From the NCBI GenBank assembly GCA_049323635.1, contig JBMONS010000035.1, positions 2,744 through 66,743 on the forward strand: a stretch of 64,000 nucleotides of DNA, written 5' to 3'. A model generated the notes under the pieces. It saw nothing but the letters and a program-made list of their open reading frames with translations, had not been told where the DNA came from and made no database searches. Shown here in pieces: positions 48,364 to 59,259 of this stretch. The translations under genes were made by a program, and so were the position numbers. Positions within the stretch are counted from its first letter, which is position 1. The number at the start of each line of letters is the position of its first letter. The DNA comes from Thermodesulfobacteriota bacterium. GTDB lineage: Bacteria; Desulfobacterota; Desulfobulbia; Desulfobulbales; Desulfurivibrionaceae.

Positions 48364-50646
48364 TCACTCCTCCTCGCCCACCTTCTTCGCAAAGCCGCAC
48401 GCCTTGTCCGGGCAGATCAACCGCAATCCCTCCTTCCGGGAATCCTTTTCCAGCAGGTAGGGCGAGCCGCATTGCGGGCAGGCCTCCTTGACCGGCCGGT
48501 CCCACAGGGCGAAGGTGCACTTGGGGTAGCGGTTGCAGCTGTAGAAGACCTTGCCCTTCTTCGAGACCTTCTGGATCAGCTCGCCGGAACAGTTCGCCTC
48601 CGGGCAGGGCACGCCGGTGGTGGTGGCCCGGATGTTCTTGCAGGCCGGATAGCCGGAGCAGGCCAGGAATTTGCCATAGCGGCCCATCTTGAAGACCATG
48701 GGCTTGCCGCACTTGTCGCACACCTCCCCGGACTCCTCGGGTTCGTCGCGCCGCACCGGCACGATGGCGCCCTCCTCGTTGCGGGTGAAATCCTGGGTGG
48801 ACTTGCAGCCGGGATAGTTCTCGCAGGCCAGAAACTCACCGTTCTTGCCCCACTTGATCACCATGGTGCCGCCGCAGAGCGGGCAGGGAACCTGGGTGGG
48901 GATGGCGGTGCGCTTGATCGCCTTCATCTCGCCCTTGGCCTTCTCCAGGGTGGCGCTGAACGGCCCGTAAAAATCGCGGAGGATGGCAAGCCACTTGGCC
49001 TGGCCATGCTCGATGCCATCGAGTTTCTCCTCCATGGCGGCGGTGAACTTGACGTTGAGCACGTCCGGGAAGTGTGCCACCAGCAGCTCGTTGACCAGCT
49101 TGCCCAAATCGGTGGGCATGAAGCGCCGCTGGGAAAGCAGCACGTACTCCTTCTCCTGGATGGTGGAGAGGATGGCCGCGTAGGTGCTGGGCCGGCCCAC
49201 CCCGTTCTCCTCCAGCGCCTTGACCAGGGTCGCCTCGGTGTAGCGGGGCGGCGGCTGGGTGAAGTGCTGGCGCGGCTCGATGCCGGTGAGCGCCACCGTA
49301 TCGCCCTTGCGCAGGTCGGGCAGGATGGCGTCCTCCTCGCCCTCGGTCGCGGCGCCCTCCTCCTGCCCCTCCTCGTAGAGGGTCATGAAGCCGGCAAAAC
49401 GCATGATCGACCCCACCGCCTTGAAGCCGTGCTCGCCGGCGGCAAGCAGCACCGTGGTCTGGTCATACTCGGCCGACCTCATCTGGCAGGCCACGAAGCG
49501 TTTCCAGATCAGGGAGTAGAGGGCCAGCATGTCCTTGTCCAGGAAGGCGGCCACCTGCTCCGGCGTCCGGCTGACATCGGTGGGGCGGATCGCTTCGTGG
49601 GCGTCCTGGGCCGACTTGCTGGTCTTGAAGAGATTGGGCTTGGCCGGCAGGAATTCGGGGCCAAAGGTCGTGTCCACATACTGCCGCACCGCGGCCAGCG
49701 CCTCGTCGTTGATGCGGGTGGAATCGGTACGCATGTAGGTGATCAAGCCCACCGGCCCCTCCGCCCCCAGCTCGACGCCCTCGTAGAGGCGCTGTGCCAG
49801 GGTCATGGTTTTCTTGGCCGAGAAGCGCAGCTTGCGGTTGGCGTCCATCTGCATGGTGCTGGTGATGAAGGGCGGGCTCGGGTTGCGCTTCTTCTGCTTC
49901 TTCTCGATCCCCTCCACCAGCAGGGGGCCCTTGCCCACCGCCGTGACAATGGCCTCGGCCTCGCCGGCGGTGGCGATCCGCCCCTTCTTGAGATCGATCT
50001 TGCGGTCGCCGATCCGGTCGAGCTGGGCGGCAAAGGGCGGCGGAGAAACGGCGGCGAGGTTGGCGTGGATGGTCCAGTACTCCTCGGAGACAAAGGCGGC
50101 AATCGCCTCCTCCCGCTCGCAGACCATGCGCACCGCCACCGACTGGACGCGGCCGGCGGAGAGCCCGCGCCGCACCTTGTCCCACAACAGCGGGGAGATC
50201 TGGTAGCCCACCAACCGGTCCAGGATGCGGCGGGTCTGCTGCGCCTCGAAGCGGTTGCGGTTGACCTGGGTGGCCTGCTCGATGGCGGCCAGGATCGCCT
50301 TCTTGGTCAGTTCGTGGAAGAGCACCCGCTGGATCGGCTTCTTGGTCGGGGCCAGCAGTTCGGCGATATGAAAGGCGATGGCCTCTCCCTCGCGGTCCGG
50401 GTCGGGGGCCAGATAGATATGGTCGGCGGCCTGGGCGGCCTGCTTGAGCTCGGTGATGATCTTGCCCTTGCCGCGGATGGTGACGTACTCGGGGGCGAAG
50501 TCGTGCTCGATGTCCACCCCCAGGGTCTTCACCGGCAGGTCGATGATATGGCCCACCGAGGCCTTGACCGTGAAGGCCTTGCCGAGATACTTCTGCAGGG
50601 TCCTGGCCTTGGCCGGGGACTCGACGATGATCAGCGATTTGGACAT
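48364..50646 (-). CDS. topA: DNA topoisomerase I
   Basis: Toprim start MSKSLIIVESPAKARTLQKYLG, the active-site region ITYMRTDS, and multiple C-terminal CxxC zinc ribbons. Confidence 0.95.
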   Translation of the reverse strand: MSKSLIIVESPAKARTLQKYLGKAFTVKASVGHIIDLPVKTLGVDIEHDFAPEYVTIRGKGKIITELKQAAQAADHIYLAPDPDREGEAIAFHIAELLAPTKKPIQRVLFHELTKKAILAAIEQATQVNRNRFEAQQTRRILDRLVGYQISPLLWDKVRRGLSAGRVQSVAVRMVCEREEAIAAFVSEEYWTIHANLAAVSPPPFAAQLDRIGDRKIDLKKGRIATAGEAEAIVTAVGKGPLLVEGIEKKQKKRNPSPPFITSTMQMDANRKLRFSAKKTMTLAQRLYEGVELGAEGPVGLITYMRTDSTRINDEALAAVRQYVDTTFGPEFLPAKPNLFKTSKSAQDAHEAIRPTDVSRTPEQVAAFLDKDMLALYSLIWKRFVACQMRSAEYDQTTVLLAAGEHGFKAVGSIMRFAGFMTLYEEGQEEGAATEGEEDAILPDLRKGDTVALTGIEPRQHFTQPPPRYTEATLVKALEENGVGRPSTYAAILSTIQEKEYVLLSQRRFMPTDLGKLVNELLVAHFPDVLNVKFTAAMEEKLDGIEHGQAKWLAILRDFYGPFSATLEKAKGEMKAIKRTAIPTQVPCPLCGGTMVIKWGKNGEFLACENYPGCKSTQDFTRNEEGAIVPVRRDEPEESGEVCDKCGKPMVFKMGRYGKFLACSGYPACKNIRATTTGVPCPEANCSGELIQKVSKKGKVFYSCNRYPKCTFALWDRPVKEACPQCGSPYLLEKDSRKEGLRLICPDKACGFAKKVGEEE

Positions 50647-50823
50647 GATATGGCGATAACCTTGAGCAAAGCGGCCAGGCCGCGATTTGTTCCAGTCAGC
50701 ATGACAACAAGGGAGGCCGGAACCCCATTACGCAAACGTCAGGCCTAGCCTTATACACCGGCAGCGTCCGATTCCGCAAGCCCCCGGACGCACAAATCCT
50801 TGATTCTCCGCGCGGAGGGCGAC

Positions 50824-51963
50824 TCAGACACCGGAAAACCGCTGATACTGCCCGCCGGGCAGGGCGGCGGCCAGGCCGGCCATCTCCAGATGGAGCAGCA
50901 GTTCGCTGGTCCGCTGGGCCGAAAGGCCGCTGGCCTCGACGATCTCCTCCACCGAGCGGGGATAGACATCCAGGCAGGCGAGCAGCCGGCGCTCCTCCTC
51001 GGAAAGCGCCGCCATGGCAGCCTGGTCGTCACCCCTGGGGCTGGTGGCCGCCAGGGCGGCGGCGCCGAACCCCAACTCGTCGAACACGTCCGCCGCGCAG
51101 TGGACCAGCTTGGCCCCTTCCTGCACCAGGCGGTGGCACCCCTCGCTCTTGGCCGAGTCGATGCGGCCAGGCACCGCGAAGACATCCCTGCCCTGCTCCA
51201 GGGCCTGACGGGCGGTGATCAGGGTGCCGGAACGGCGGGCGGCCTCCACCACCAGCACCCCCAGGGCAAGGCCGCTGACGATACGATTGCGGGCCGGGAA
51301 GCGGTACCCCTCCGGCAGAGCGCCCATCGGCGACTCGCTGACCAGCACCCCGCCGCCTGTGAGGATCCCCTCCCGCAAGGCGCGGTTCTGACTGGGGTAA
51401 TCCACGTCCAGGCCGCACCCCATCACCGCCACCGTGGGTCCGCCTGCCGTGAGCGCTCCCCGGTGGGCGGCGCTGTCGATCCCCAGGGCAAAGCCGCTGA
51501 TGATGGAAAGCCCGGCGCGGGCCAGCTCGCTGCTCAGCCGCTCCGCCACCCGCAGGCCATAGGTGGTGGCGGCCCGCGCCCCGACCACGGCCACGCCAGG
51601 CCGGGCCAGCAGCGCCACCTCCCCGCGCACGTAGAGCACCGGCGGCGGATCGGGGATCGCGGCCAACAGGGGAGGATAGTCGGGATCAGCCGGGCAGAGC
51701 AGGGTAACCTCGGCCTGTTCCGCCCGGCGCATCTCCGCATCCGCCGCGGCCAGCAGGTGGTCGCGCCGGTCGGCCAGGGCGGCCAGCGCATCGCGGCGCA
51801 GGCAGTTGCTTTCGGCCAGCAGCGCCTTGCCGGCGGCAAAAACCTGGCGCACCCCGCCAAAGGCCTCGCACAGCCGCCGTATCCCCACCGCGCCCAGCCC
51901 TGGGGTCAATGCCAGGGCCAACCATAATCGTCTCTCCATCATCCGGTCTCGCCAATACGGCAA
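50824..51963 (-). CDS. dprA: DNA-processing protein DprA
   Basis: LALALTPGLG SAM-like start, Rossmann core VVGARAATTYG...ISGFALGIDSAAHRGAL...SGTLITA. The start is uncertain (51963, 51942 or 51939). Confidence 0.85.
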   Translation of the reverse strand: MPYWRDRMMERRLWLALALTPGLGAVGIRRLCEAFGGVRQVFAAGKALLAESNCLRRDALAALADRRDHLLAAADAEMRRAEQAEVTLLCPADPDYPPLLAAIPDPPPVLYVRGEVALLARPGVAVVGARAATTYGLRVAERLSSELARAGLSIISGFALGIDSAAHRGALTAGGPTVAVMGCGLDVDYPSQNRALREGILTGGGVLVSESPMGALPEGYRFPARNRIVSGLALGVLVVEAARRSGTLITARQALEQGRDVFAVPGRIDSAKSEGCHRLVQEGAKLVHCAADVFDELGFGAAALAATSPRGDDQAAMAALSEEERRLLACLDVYPRSVEEIVEASGLSAQRTSELLLHLEMAGLAAALPGGQYQRFSGV

Positions 51964-52058
51964 CGGCCGCCCCGTTCACGCGAGGCGGCCGTCCGCTGCT
52001 CCCAGGCCTGGCTGGCGGCGGCGCGAAACCGCTCCACCAGCGTCAAGCCCCGGAGGTA

Positions 52059-53684
52059 TCAATCGTTGTAAAAGGCAAAGAGCAGGTTGCGCCGGGTGGG
52101 GTGCTTGAGCTTCTTGAGCGCCTTGGACTCGATCTGGCGGATGCGCTCCCTGGTCACAGCGAAGTTCTCCCCCACCTCCTCCAGGGTCAGATCCACCGAG
52201 GTATCGATGCCGAACCGCATCCGCAACACCAATTCCTCCCTGGGGGTGAGGGTGCCGAGCACGCTGCGCAGGCTCTCTCGCAGACTGGAGCGGACAGTGG
52301 CCTCTTCCGGGGGCAGCGAATTGACATCCTCGATAAAGTCGGCCAGGTAGCTGTCCTCGCTGGAACCGATGGGGGTGTCCAACGAAAGCGGCTCCTTGGC
52401 GATCTTGAGGATGTTCTTCACCTTGGTCAGGTCCACGCTCAGCCGTTCGGCCATCTCCTCCGGGGTGGGCTCGCGGCCGGTCTCCCGCAGGAAATCCTTG
52501 GCGCCGCGGAGCAGCCGGTTGATGGTGTCGATCATATGCACCGGGATGCGGATGGTGCGGCCCTGGTCGGCAATAGCCCGGGTGATGGCCTGGCGGATCC
52601 ACCAAGTGGCGTAGGTGCTGAACTTGTAGCCCCGGCGGTACTCAAACTTCTCCACCGCCTTCATCAGGCCGATGTTGCCCTCCTGAATCAGGTCGAGCAG
52701 CTGCAAGCCCCGGTTGGCGTACTTCTTGGCCACGCTCACCACCAGGCGCAGGTTGGCCTGCACCAGGATGTTCTTGGACTCGCGGCTCTGCTTCTCGGCA
52801 ACCGCCACCTCGGCCAGCAGCTTGTTCAAGGTCTCATGGTCGATGCCGTGGGCGCGCACGCAGCCCTGGCGATAGCGGCCATACTTGACCGGATCGTCGC
52901 TGATCGAAGCGGGCGGGGTCAGTTTGGCAGCCTGCTTGCGCAGCCGCCTGATCATGGCATTGAGGTGCTTGCCGCAGATGCGGTCTTCCTCGAAGAGAGC
53001 GGCGACTGCCTTGCTGTTCCGCTGGATGCGGATGCGAATCTTCTGCGCCTCGGCCTTGGTGAGCCCGACCTCGCAGAGGTCGAAGCGGAATGCGGAGATC
53101 TCCTCGTTAAGCCGGTGCGCCTCGCCCACCCGCCAGAAGAACTGCTCCTTTTTCTCCGCCTCGGCGGGGCCGCCCGCCTCATCCATGCCGCGCAGCACGT
53201 CGGCGATGGAACGCTTGCCGGCCAAAAGCCGGCTCGCCTCTTCCCGCAGGTACTCCATGGCAAGGGGAGTCACCAGGATGGCATCCTGGATGGCCTTTTC
53301 CGCCTCCTCGATCCTTTTGGCGATCTCGGTTTCCGCCTCGGAGGAGAGAAGCGCCACCGCCCCCATCTCCTGCAGGTAGACCTTCACCGGATCAAGCTGG
53401 CTGCCGGCGGCAAGCTCCCGTCGGGAGACAAGCCCTTCGCCGACCGCAAACTCTTCCTGGGCCGGGGCGATCACCTCTTCCAGGTCATCCTCCACCGCGT
53501 GATCGTCCAGGGCAAAGATGCCGGAAAAATTATCCTGCTCTTCGCCTTCCCAGCAGCCGTCCTCCTGCAGCCCTTCGGCCATGGGATCTTCCTCGGTCAC
53601 CAAAGCCTTGGCCATCTCGGCGGCGTTCAAACGCGGCTTCTTCACTCCCCGTGCCTGCTTGCCATTCTCCTTCTTGATCCCCAT
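52059..53684 (-). CDS. rpoD: RNA polymerase sigma factor RpoD (sigma-70)
   Basis: Region 2 [39 protein letters not shown] and region 4 [14 protein letters not shown]...TLEEVG. The start at MGIKKE (53684) has RBS GGGGGAG upstream. Confidence 0.95.
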   Translation of the reverse strand: MGIKKENGKQARGVKKPRLNAAEMAKALVTEEDPMAEGLQEDGCWEGEEQDNFSGIFALDDHAVEDDLEEVIAPAQEEFAVGEGLVSRRELAAGSQLDPVKVYLQEMGAVALLSSEAETEIAKRIEEAEKAIQDAILVTPLAMEYLREEASRLLAGKRSIADVLRGMDEAGGPAEAEKKEQFFWRVGEAHRLNEEISAFRFDLCEVGLTKAEAQKIRIRIQRNSKAVAALFEEDRICGKHLNAMIRRLRKQAAKLTPPASISDDPVKYGRYRQGCVRAHGIDHETLNKLLAEVAVAEKQSRESKNILVQANLRLVVSVAKKYANRGLQLLDLIQEGNIGLMKAVEKFEYRRGYKFSTYATWWIRQAITRAIADQGRTIRIPVHMIDTINRLLRGAKDFLRETGREPTPEEMAERLSVDLTKVKNILKIAKEPLSLDTPIGSSEDSYLADFIEDVNSLPPEEATVRSSLRESLRSVLGTLTPREELVLRMRFGIDTSVDLTLEEVGENFAVTRERIRQIESKALKKLKHPTRRNLLFAFYND

Positions 53685-53776
53685 GGAACTCCCCCTGTTT
53701 TGGTTCTGTTTCCCCTCGTCGATACCGCCCAACCGCGCCGTTGCGGCGCGTTCTCCTTTTGGCCGGCTCGACTCCA

Positions 53777-55528
53777 TCACCGCATGGCTTCGTCCAGTTG
53801 CTTCTTTTGGGTCATCAGCTCAAGGCAGAGCTGTTGATTGTTATCCCGGTGCGCCTCGCTGATCCGTTGCACCAGCCGCTGCTTGCGTATCTTCAGGCTG
53901 TGTGACCACAGCCACTCGATCATCTCCCGGGCGGTATGCTCCCGCACTTCCTCGTCCAGGCAGGGCGAGGCGATGAGCAGACGGGAGACAAAGGTCCGGG
54001 CCTCGCCGCTGGCCAATTCGAGCAACCGCTCCGGCCCACCGGCCTGATCGACCTGTTCCTTGAGGAGCCGCAATAGCTCGACCCCGAAGGGGGCCACCAC
54101 GATATCCTCGATCCCCGCCTCGAGAAAACCGGCAAGATACTCGGGATAGGAGATCAGAAACTCCAGCAGCTGCCGCTGCTTCATGGGCAGCGCCGTGCCG
54201 ACCGGCCGCGGCGGGGCCGGGGCCGCCTTCGCCTCCGGGGCGCGCACCCCTCCCAGCAGCTGCTCGGGGGAGATCTCCAGCTTCTTGCTGAAATGGGAGA
54301 CAAAGAGGGTGCGCTGCAGGTGCTGGTCATCGAGGCCCTTGGCCAACTCGCGCAACTCCTCGACGATTTTCACCTTGCCATCCACCCCCAGGCCATGCTG
54401 TGCCACCAGCCGCGCGAAAACAAACTCCGCCAATGGCAGGCCGGCCTCCACCAGATCGTGCAGGCCGGCGGCGCCGTGGGCGCGGATAAAGGTGTCCGGA
54501 TCATGGCCATCCGGCAGCACCACCACCCTGGCCGCCACCTGCTCGGCCAGGAAGAGGGGCACCGCCCGCATGGCCGCCTTGAGACCGGCCTGGTCGCCGT
54601 CGAAAAGCAAAATCACCTCACCCGCATAGCCCTTGAGGGCGCGGACATGGTGCTGGGTCAGGGCGGTGCCCAAGGGCGCCGCCACATGCCGTACCCCATG
54701 CACCACCAGGGAAAGCAGATCGAAGTTGCCCTCCACCACGAGGCAGCGGCCGGCCTTGCGGATCTGCTCCCGGTTCTGGTAGAGGCCGAAGAGGGTGCGG
54801 CTCTTGTCGAAGACCGGCGACTCCGGCGAGTTCATGTACTTGGGCTGCCCCTCGCCCAGGATGCGCCCGCCAAAGGCAACCACCCGCCCGGTCAGGTCGA
54901 GGATCGGGAACATCACCCGGTTGCGGAAGCGGTCGTAAAAGCCGCCCGAGTCGCGGCTCACCAGCAGGCCGGCTTCCCTGGCCGTCTCGATGCGGAGCTG
55001 GTGGCGGGTCAGGGCCGGAGCGAGGAAGTTCCAGTTGTCCGGCGCGAATCCCAGCCGGAACTCGGCGATGATCTCCTGGGGAATGCCCCGCTTGGCGAGG
55101 TAGTCGCGGCAGGCCTGAGCCGAGGGATCGGAGAGCAGCTGCGCATGGTACAGCTCGGCAGCCTTGGCATTGACCGCGTACAGGGCGTCGCGCTTGCGAG
55201 CCCGCTCCAGTTCGCCGGGATTCAAAGGCTTTTCCGGCAGTTCGACCTGATAGCGCCGGGCCAGGTCGCGGAGCGCCTCCACGAAGGAGAGGCGGTGGTA
55301 ACGCATCACGAAGTTGATCACATCGCCGCCCTCGCCGCAGCCAAAGCAGTGGTAGGTACCGCGGGCGGGATTGACCGTGAAGGAGGGGGTTTTCTCGGCG
55401 TGGAAGGGGCAGAGCCCCTTGAGATTGGCGCCGGCGCGCTTGAGGCTGACATGCTCGCCGACGACTCCGGCGATGTCCGCTGCCTCCTTGACGCGTTGCA
55501 CTGCGTCGTCACGCTGGTAAACCGCCAT
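53777..55528 (-). CDS. dnaG: DNA primase
   Basis: Zinc ribbon [13 protein letters not shown]...[11 protein letters not shown] and a Toprim domain ([21 protein letters not shown]). The start was chosen at MAVYQRD (55528). Confidence 0.95.
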   Translation of the reverse strand: MAVYQRDDAVQRVKEAADIAGVVGEHVSLKRAGANLKGLCPFHAEKTPSFTVNPARGTYHCFGCGEGGDVINFVMRYHRLSFVEALRDLARRYQVELPEKPLNPGELERARKRDALYAVNAKAAELYHAQLLSDPSAQACRDYLAKRGIPQEIIAEFRLGFAPDNWNFLAPALTRHQLRIETAREAGLLVSRDSGGFYDRFRNRVMFPILDLTGRVVAFGGRILGEGQPKYMNSPESPVFDKSRTLFGLYQNREQIRKAGRCLVVEGNFDLLSLVVHGVRHVAAPLGTALTQHHVRALKGYAGEVILLFDGDQAGLKAAMRAVPLFLAEQVAARVVVLPDGHDPDTFIRAHGAAGLHDLVEAGLPLAEFVFARLVAQHGLGVDGKVKIVEELRELAKGLDDQHLQRTLFVSHFSKKLEISPEQLLGGVRAPEAKAAPAPPRPVGTALPMKQRQLLEFLISYPEYLAGFLEAGIEDIVVAPFGVELLRLLKEQVDQAGGPERLLELASGEARTFVSRLLIASPCLDEEVREHTAREMIEWLWSHSLKIRKQRLVQRISEAHRDNNQQLCLELMTQKKQLDEAMR

Positions 55529-55701
55529 GGGCAAATGCCTCGCGGGCCATTGGTGCCGGCCCGGTAAAAGGATGATGCGCAACCCGCCGCACCTGATGTA
55601 TGATTCTGGAAGTGTATCTTCTTAGTAATCAATCCACAATGACTGTCAAGCAAAAATTGAGAAAAAATTAAGAAAGTCAACTTTTTAGAGAGTATTTAGA
55701 G

Positions 55702-55724
55702 TTAATTATTTATTAAATAATTAA
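55702..55724. promoter_or_regulatory. perfect 23-bp AT-only palindrome (11-1-11) TTAATTATTTA-T-TAAATAATTAA
   Basis: Read directly from the sequence. It is centred in an extremely AT-rich ~150-bp spacer between divergent dnaG-rpoD (-) and the aldolase/SDR gene (+). Confidence 0.5.
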
Positions 55725-55769
55725 ATCATTAAAGGCTTTCCGTCTGTCAGGCAGCCCGAAGGAGTCGCC

Positions 55770-57860
55770 ATGAAGAATCGATACAACGAAGAGGACGCCC
55801 GCGCCTCGGTCCGGGCCATGCCGGACTGCCCGCCGGATCTGGCCATGCGGGTCCACACCTCCCGACTGCTCGGCGCCGAGGAGGATCTGGTCCTGCACGG
55901 CGGCGGCAACACCTCGGTGAAGACCGTGGTCACCTCCCTGCTGGGCGAGGAACAGGAGGTGCTCTTCATCAAGGGCAGCGGCTGGGACCTGGCCACCATC
56001 GCGCCCCAGGGCTTTCCCGGCCTGGATCTTCCCTACCTGCGCCGATTGCGGCGCCTTGAAGCGCTTACCGACGAGGAGATGGTCAACCAGTTCCGCACCC
56101 ACCTGCTCGACGCCTCCTCGCCCACCCCTTCCATCGAGACCCTGGTGCACGCTTTTCTGCCCCACCGCTTCATCGACCACACCCATGCCGATGCCATCGT
56201 CACCCTCACCAACCGCGACGATGCCGAGGTCATCCTCCGGGAGGCCTTGGGCGAGCGGATCGCGGTGCTGCCCTTCATCATGCCCGGCTTTCCCCTGGCC
56301 AAGGCCATGGCCGAGCTGTGCGAGGCAAACCCGGATGCCGAAGCGATCGTCCTCAAAAACCACGGCATCTTCACCTTTGGCGACGAGGCCCGCACCGCCT
56401 ACGACCGGATGATCGACTACGTCAGCCGGGCCGAGGCATACCTGGCCAGGAAACATGCCGCCTCTCCGGCTGTTGCCGTGGCAACTCCGCCACCGGTGGA
56501 TCCCCTTCTGGCCCTTCCCCTGCTGCGCGGCTTCCTGAGCCTCACCGACGACCACGGCAACCGCCGCACCTGCCATCTCTGCCTGCGCCGCGACGAGGCA
56601 CTGCTGGCCGGGCTCGCCCGTCCGGACGCCAGAGAGCTGCTCATAAGCGGGGTGCTCACCCCGGACCACGTCATCCGCACCAAGAACCATCCCCTCTGGC
56701 TGAATCTGGGCGGACTTGGGGAGGAGGACACCCGGGAGGCCATCGCCGCCGAGGTCTCTGCCTACGAAGCGCGATACCAGGCCTACTTCGAGGAGCAGAT
56801 CGCCAGCAAGCGCCTCCATCGCACCATGCTCGACCCCAAGCCCAGGGTGGCGCTGATCCCCGGCCTGGGGGTGGTGACGGCGGGATTCACCCGCAAGGAT
56901 GCGGAGATCGCCGCGGACATCGCCGCGCACACCATCCTCGCCAAGCTGGCCGGCGCGGCCCTCGGCCCATACCGCGAGCTGGGCGAACCGGACATCTTCG
57001 ACATGGAGTACTGGTCCCTGGAGCAGGCCAAACTGGGCAAGCAGAAGCCCCGACTGCTGGAAGGCCGCGTCGCCTTGGTCACCGGCGGCGGCGGCGCCAT
57101 AGGGCTCGGGATCGGCCGCCAGCTGCTGGCTGCCGGCGCCATGGTCTTCATGGCCGACATCAACGAGGAACGGCTGGCCACCGTGTGCGACAAGCTGGCG
57201 GACACATACGGCGCCAATCTGGTGCGCCCCTTGGCCCTGGACGTCACCAGCGCCGCCTCGGCGGAGGCGGCCATGGCCCGGCTGATCGGGGAGGCGGGCG
57301 GCCTGGACATCCTGGTGCCCAACGCCGGGATCGCCCAGGTGGCCCGACTGGAAGAACTCGACCCGGACGCCTTCCGCAAGGTAATGGAGGTCAACTGCAT
57401 GGGGGTCTTCACGGTGATCCGCGCCGCGATCCCCGTCTTCCGACGCCAGGGCACCGGCGGCAGCGTGGTGATCAACAGCTCAAAGAACGTCTTCGCCCCT
57501 GGCGCGGCCTTCGGCGCCTACAGCGCCTCCAAGGCCGGCGCCCACCAGCTGGGCAAGATCGCCGCCATCGAGCTGGCGCCGCTGGAGGTACGGGTGAACA
57601 TGATCAACGCCGACGCCATCTTCGACGACGACGGCGTCTCCTCCGGCCTCTGGGACGTGGTGGGGCCGGACCGCATGCGCTCCCGCAACCTGGACCCGGC
57701 CGGGCTCAAGGAGTACTACCGCCAGCGCAACCTGCTCAAGACCACGGTTCGTGCCGAGCACGTGGGCAACGCGGTGCTCTTTTTCGCCAGCAACCAGACC
57801 CCCACCACCGGCGCCACCCTGCCGGTGGACGGCGGCATCACCGAGGCCTTCCCCCGCTGA
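55770..57860 (+). CDS. bifunctional class II aldolase/adducin-domain and short-chain dehydrogenase protein (rhamnulose-1-phosphate aldolase/alcohol dehydrogenase-like)
   Basis: 696 aa. The N-terminal aldolase_II pattern is LHGGGNTSVK...FIDHTHADAIV. The C-terminal SDR has TGGGGAIG, NAG, and YSASKAG catalytic YxxxK. Confidence 0.85.
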   Translation: MKNRYNEEDARASVRAMPDCPPDLAMRVHTSRLLGAEEDLVLHGGGNTSVKTVVTSLLGEEQEVLFIKGSGWDLATIAPQGFPGLDLPYLRRLRRLEALTDEEMVNQFRTHLLDASSPTPSIETLVHAFLPHRFIDHTHADAIVTLTNRDDAEVILREALGERIAVLPFIMPGFPLAKAMAELCEANPDAEAIVLKNHGIFTFGDEARTAYDRMIDYVSRAEAYLARKHAASPAVAVATPPPVDPLLALPLLRGFLSLTDDHGNRRTCHLCLRRDEALLAGLARPDARELLISGVLTPDHVIRTKNHPLWLNLGGLGEEDTREAIAAEVSAYEARYQAYFEEQIASKRLHRTMLDPKPRVALIPGLGVVTAGFTRKDAEIAADIAAHTILAKLAGAALGPYRELGEPDIFDMEYWSLEQAKLGKQKPRLLEGRVALVTGGGGAIGLGIGRQLLAAGAMVFMADINEERLATVCDKLADTYGANLVRPLALDVTSAASAEAAMARLIGEAGGLDILVPNAGIAQVARLEELDPDAFRKVMEVNCMGVFTVIRAAIPVFRRQGTGGSVVINSSKNVFAPGAAFGAYSASKAGAHQLGKIAAIELAPLEVRVNMINADAIFDDDGVSSGLWDVVGPDRMRSRNLDPAGLKEYYRQRNLLKTTVRAEHVGNAVLFFASNQTPTTGATLPVDGGITEAFPR

Positions 57861-57876
57861 ACGCAACGAGGCGCAC

Positions 57877-58176
57877 ATGCTGATCAAAGCGGAAATCACC
57901 TTTCGGCTGGACAACGTCGCCCAGGTGGCGCAACGATTTGTCGCCCTGCCACGATTGCCGGACCACCTTGAGCTCACCGGCCCCTTCTTCCGCATGGAAG
58001 AGGGACGCCGCCTGCGCGCCATGGCCTTCTACCGGGTCGAACTGGACCGCCGGAAGGAGAGCGAGGCGTACCTGCGGGAGCGCTACCACGCCTTTGCCGA
58101 TCAGCCGGAATTCCATCTCTCCCTGGAAGCCTGGGAGGAGTACAGCGACGCCCTGAAACGGCTGGGAATCCTCTAG
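57877..58176 (+). CDS. hypothetical protein (99 aa)
   Basis: The ORF starts 17 nt after the upstream stop and its codon usage is consistent with neighbours. I recognise no family. Confidence 0.5.
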   Translation: MLIKAEITFRLDNVAQVAQRFVALPRLPDHLELTGPFFRMEEGRRLRAMAFYRVELDRRKESEAYLRERYHAFADQPEFHLSLEAWEEYSDALKRLGIL

Positions 58177-58314
58177 GGGATGGCGACGCTCCCATAACCC
58201 GCTGGAAAAAGCCGCTGGCCTGGTGTATCCTTTCCGCAGAACACGAAAAAAGAAACGGATCGCTGGCCGATTTCCTCGGCCCTGCCACAGACCAAACAAG
58301 CAACAAGGAGCACC

Positions 58315-58911
58315 ATGGCGGAAATCAAGAGCACCATGGAGATGGTGATGGAACGGGCGGCCCGCATGGCCGGCTCCTCCACGGACACCACTTACGACAG
58401 CGAGGAACAGCGCAAGGAGGGCATGCGGCTTGCCGCCGCCTACATGCGGGGCGAACTCGACGATCCGACCGGCCGCCTCGCCACGCTTCCGGCGGAGCGA
58501 CAGCCGGCGACCCGGCAGGGCGCCGTGGAGGGCCTCTTGCGCAACATCTTTCTGGCTCGGGAGGAGGAGCAGTTGCAGGCCGCCGAAAAGGCCATGACAG
58601 CACTGCTCGCCATCGGCCGCGGCGAAGGGCAGCTGCCGCAGGTCTTCGCCGAGATGCAGCGGATCCTGGCCGGCTATAGCCAGCACCGGGAACAGCTCAG
58701 GCAGCAATTGGAGGCGCAGTTTTCCCAGCAGATGGAGCTGATGGAACAGAATCTGGCCCGGCAGACCGGCATGTCCATGAAGCTGCAGCCCTCCCAACAC
58801 CCCAAGTTTCAGGAGGAGTGGAGCCGTCTCCAGGCCCAGCTCGACGACCAGTACGGCCGGGCGCTTTCCCAGCTCAAGGCCATGACCGAGGAACTGCTGA
58901 CAGGGGGATGA
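58315..58911 (+). CDS. hypothetical helical protein (198 aa)
   Basis: RBS AAGGAG lies 6 nt upstream of the ATG. The composition is Gln/Glu/Leu-rich and coiled-coil-like. I recognise no family. Confidence 0.55.
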   Translation: MAEIKSTMEMVMERAARMAGSSTDTTYDSEEQRKEGMRLAAAYMRGELDDPTGRLATLPAERQPATRQGAVEGLLRNIFLAREEEQLQAAEKAMTALLAIGRGEGQLPQVFAEMQRILAGYSQHREQLRQQLEAQFSQQMELMEQNLARQTGMSMKLQPSQHPKFQEEWSRLQAQLDDQYGRALSQLKAMTEELLTGG

Positions 58912-58984
58912 GCCTGGAGCGTTTGCTCTTCGCGACAGACGCAAAGATCACGGGCTGTCCCCCTCACCAACCAAGGAGAATCCC

Positions 58985-59245
58985 ATGGAAGCGGAAATCT
59001 GGCTCGACGTGGAAGAGGCTGATCCCGGCAACCTGCCCGAGATCGAAAAGCGGTTCATGGAGTGGTACCGGGCCGGCGAGGAGGCCCGCTACAACAAGCC
59101 CTGCTTCGAGTTTTTGGCCGTGCTCGAGAAACCGCACCGCTATCAGGTGGACTTCGGTCAGTCCGACTTCACCCGCGCCATCCAGGATCTGCACGCCCGC
59201 CTCCACCGCTTCGGGGTCAAGGTTTTCATCCACTTCCTACACTGA
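58985..59245 (+). CDS. hypothetical protein (86 aa)
   Basis: RBS AAGGAGAA is upstream and the ORF ends 14 nt before the peptidase gene. I recognise no family. Confidence 0.45.
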   Translation: MEAEIWLDVEEADPGNLPEIEKRFMEWYRAGEEARYNKPCFEFLAVLEKPHRYQVDFGQSDFTRAIQDLHARLHRFGVKVFIHFLH

Positions 59246-59259
59246 CCCACAAGACACCA

